Assembly (NCBI GenBank): GCA_963782915.1
Contig: CAWALK010000012.1
Span: 288,001 to 352,000 of the forward strand
DNA length: 64,000 nucleotides
DNA from: an uncultured archaeon
GTDB taxonomy: Archaea > Thermoproteota > Bathyarchaeia > Bathyarchaeales > Bathycorpusculaceae
Direction: 5' to 3'
Shown: piece after piece, positions 62,142 through 64,000 of the stretch
Numbering within the stretch: position 1 is the first letter of the stretch
Layout of the letters: each line of letters begins with the position of its first letter
Program-made: the position numbers and the translations under genes
Notes under the pieces: generated by a model
The model's input: only the letters and a program-made list of their open reading frames with translations
Told to the model about the DNA's origin: nothing
Database searches by the model: none

Positions 62142-63531
62142 ATGGTTGACTCAGTATTTTCAGATAAACTCATGATTTTCCTCTCACTAATTCTTATCCC
62201 GCTTATTCTGCTTCCGTTCATCTTCCAGTTAAGCAGTACCGTTCTGGGTTTTTTTGAAATCTGCGATGTAATCATCGTTGTATTGTTCGTGGCAGAATAC
62301 ACCACAAAACTCTACGCTGCCGAGAACCGCTGGAGCCACTTTAAATCGCCCTGGCATCTGGTCGATTTACTAATTATCACTTTACCATTTATGCAATACT
62401 TGCCCCTGTTTCGATTACAATTACAGGTTCACCTTCACTGCTGCTTCGACTGCTGCGGGTGCCGCGGGCGCTTGCAGTAGGAAGCAAAGTAATCGTGAGC
62501 AGAAGAAACAACACCATCGCACTAAAACAAGAAACCGCCGACCACACTACCGTCATTAGGCAAGTCGGCTCTGACCTCACAATAACCCATAATCTCTCTT
62601 GGGATGACCTCAAAACTCATATAGCAGACGAAAACCGCCACGAATGGCTTGACCTCCACTACGTCTCAAACGAAGGCTTCGCCCAACTAAGCAGTATTCT
62701 GGGGATCCCTGAACCCCACTTCAAAAGCGCCTTAGTAGACGAAATCTATCCCCACATAGACTACGTCCAAAAAGCCTCCTTCATCTTTGTACAATCAGGA
62801 AGAATACGCTACCCCGCCGAGGACGTCGCCAACTACTTGACGATTTCCCGCTCAGGAGTCATAGTAATCTGCGACGGCAAAAAAATCATTACCGTTTCAA
62901 GACAAAACGTTGACCTGTTAGACGAAGTCCTTCACTCCGTCCAGCAGAAAAACAACGAAACGCCTTTGTCGTTCCCGTCCTCTACAGCATCCTCGAACAC
63001 ATGCTAAACGATTACCGCTCAATCCTCTCCGAAATAGAACTCGAAGTACTGCAAATCGGCAACACACACCGCTCAAAACTCCCCCGAGACTTTCTTGAGC
63101 GCATATATCAATTAGACAAAGAAGTCTCACGCTTAGTCTCTAACCTTGTCCACTTCAAAGACATGTTAAGCATCATAACCTCCAAAAAAGTGCCCCTCGA
63201 AGGCTTCAACAAGCAATCAGAAGAAGCCTTCCATGTCCTACAAGACGGCGCAGGCTACCTAACCGAATTATCCCATGACTTAATCGAGAATCTACGCTCA
63301 AACATCGACCTATACATCAACCAGACATCCTTTGAAACCAACAGAATCCTAAAAATCCTCGCAGTAATCACCGCCATCTCCGTAATTCCCACAGCCGTAA
63401 GTGGCATACTGGGCACAAACCTCTTGGATGTACCCTATGGTGCTTCTCTTTGGCAATTATCCTTCATCGTAACTGTGAGCGTTGCATTCGTAACCTACAC
63501 ATTCGTTAAACTCGGATGGCTAAAGACATAG
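62142..63531 (+). CDS. Voltage-sensor-domain (S1-S4) / CorA-family divalent cation channel fusion (two frameshifts)
   Basis: S2 LFVAEY..KL, S3 PW.LVDLLII, S4 LLRLLRVPR in frame with the CorA domain (WLDL, YP.ID, TN.ILK.LAVIT, GTN at the GMN position, GWL); start may be further upstream, near 62034. Confidence 0.8.
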
Positions 63532-63536
63532 ATGTA

Positions 63537-64000
63537 CTACAGTTCCGCAGTTAACCATGCATGAATAGTCTCGAATACCCCATCCGAGGACTCATCCAAC
63601 CCATGCCGGTTTCCCGCCAATATCTCCAGCTTTTTGTGCCCTTGCGCTTTGTCAAAAATTATTTGAGAATTCGTCGGCGAAAGCGTTTCATCGTCTGCCC
63701 CATGAATAAGCAGAATCGACGCATGCGCAGCCAACGTATCCACTGCTCCAGCGCCAAAACTTTGAGCGGCAAGAGTAACCACCGTTTTAGCCCAATCCAA
63801 AGTAATTCCCGCTTGAATAACGACTGCTCCGCCAAAAGAATGCCCCACCAAACCCAAAGCCTCCACGCCCTCTGAATGCAAAAATTTAGCTCCAGCTAGC
63901 ACATCCTGCACGGATTCCTCAAGCAAGGTTGGAAACCTAAACTGCACCCGCAAGACGCTTATGCCTTCGCTGGATAGTTTCGCGGCGAGTTTGGGGTAGA
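63537..64000 (-). CDS. Alpha/beta hydrolase (partial, starts beyond window end)
   Basis: GHSFGG nucleophile elbow, LLIHGADD, G.RH.L. Confidence 0.88.
   Translation of the reverse strand, partial: YPKLAAKLSSEGISVLRVQFRFPTLLEESVQDVLAGAKFLHSEGVEALGLVGHSFGGAVVIQAGITLDWAKTVVTLAAQSFGAGAVDTLAAHASILLIHGADDETLSPTNSQIIFDKAQGHKKLEILAGNRHGLDESSDGVFETIHAWLTAEL

Overview
Archaeal chromosomal window, most likely Bathyarchaeia (TACK). Archaeal markers include aCPSF1/FttA, proteasome beta, thermosome, ABCE1, topoisomerase VI A/B, TrmY, Cgi121, an intron-containing tRNA-Ser and GGAGGTGA ribosome-binding sites; the class assignment comes from family recognition, not a search. Content is mostly housekeeping and metabolic: queT-queC, dinB, glyA, serA, dph6, a LonC-type protease, trxB, a DEAD-box helicase, a split glutamate synthase operon, thiL and three tRNAs. 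About 17 genes, including essential ones, are broken by single-base indels, so this looks like an under-polished assembly; gene models below were re-joined by eye and their coordinates are approximate. No CRISPR array, transposase, integrase or rRNA was seen. Strongest leads: (1) a voltage-sensor domain (S1-S4, no pore) fused to a CorA-family channel; (2) a pseudoknot-capable 5' leader that could hide the RBS of queT-queC, a candidate archaeal preQ0/preQ1-type riboswitch; (3) a pilin, coiled-coil, double-roadblock and DUF5658 module; (4) a dispersed TATA/G-tract intergenic element in six copies; (5) an unannotated C/D box sRNA and a second structured RNA candidate; (6) a 23-aa Glu/Trp micro-protein; (7) a stand-alone class I GATase translationally coupled to Dph6.
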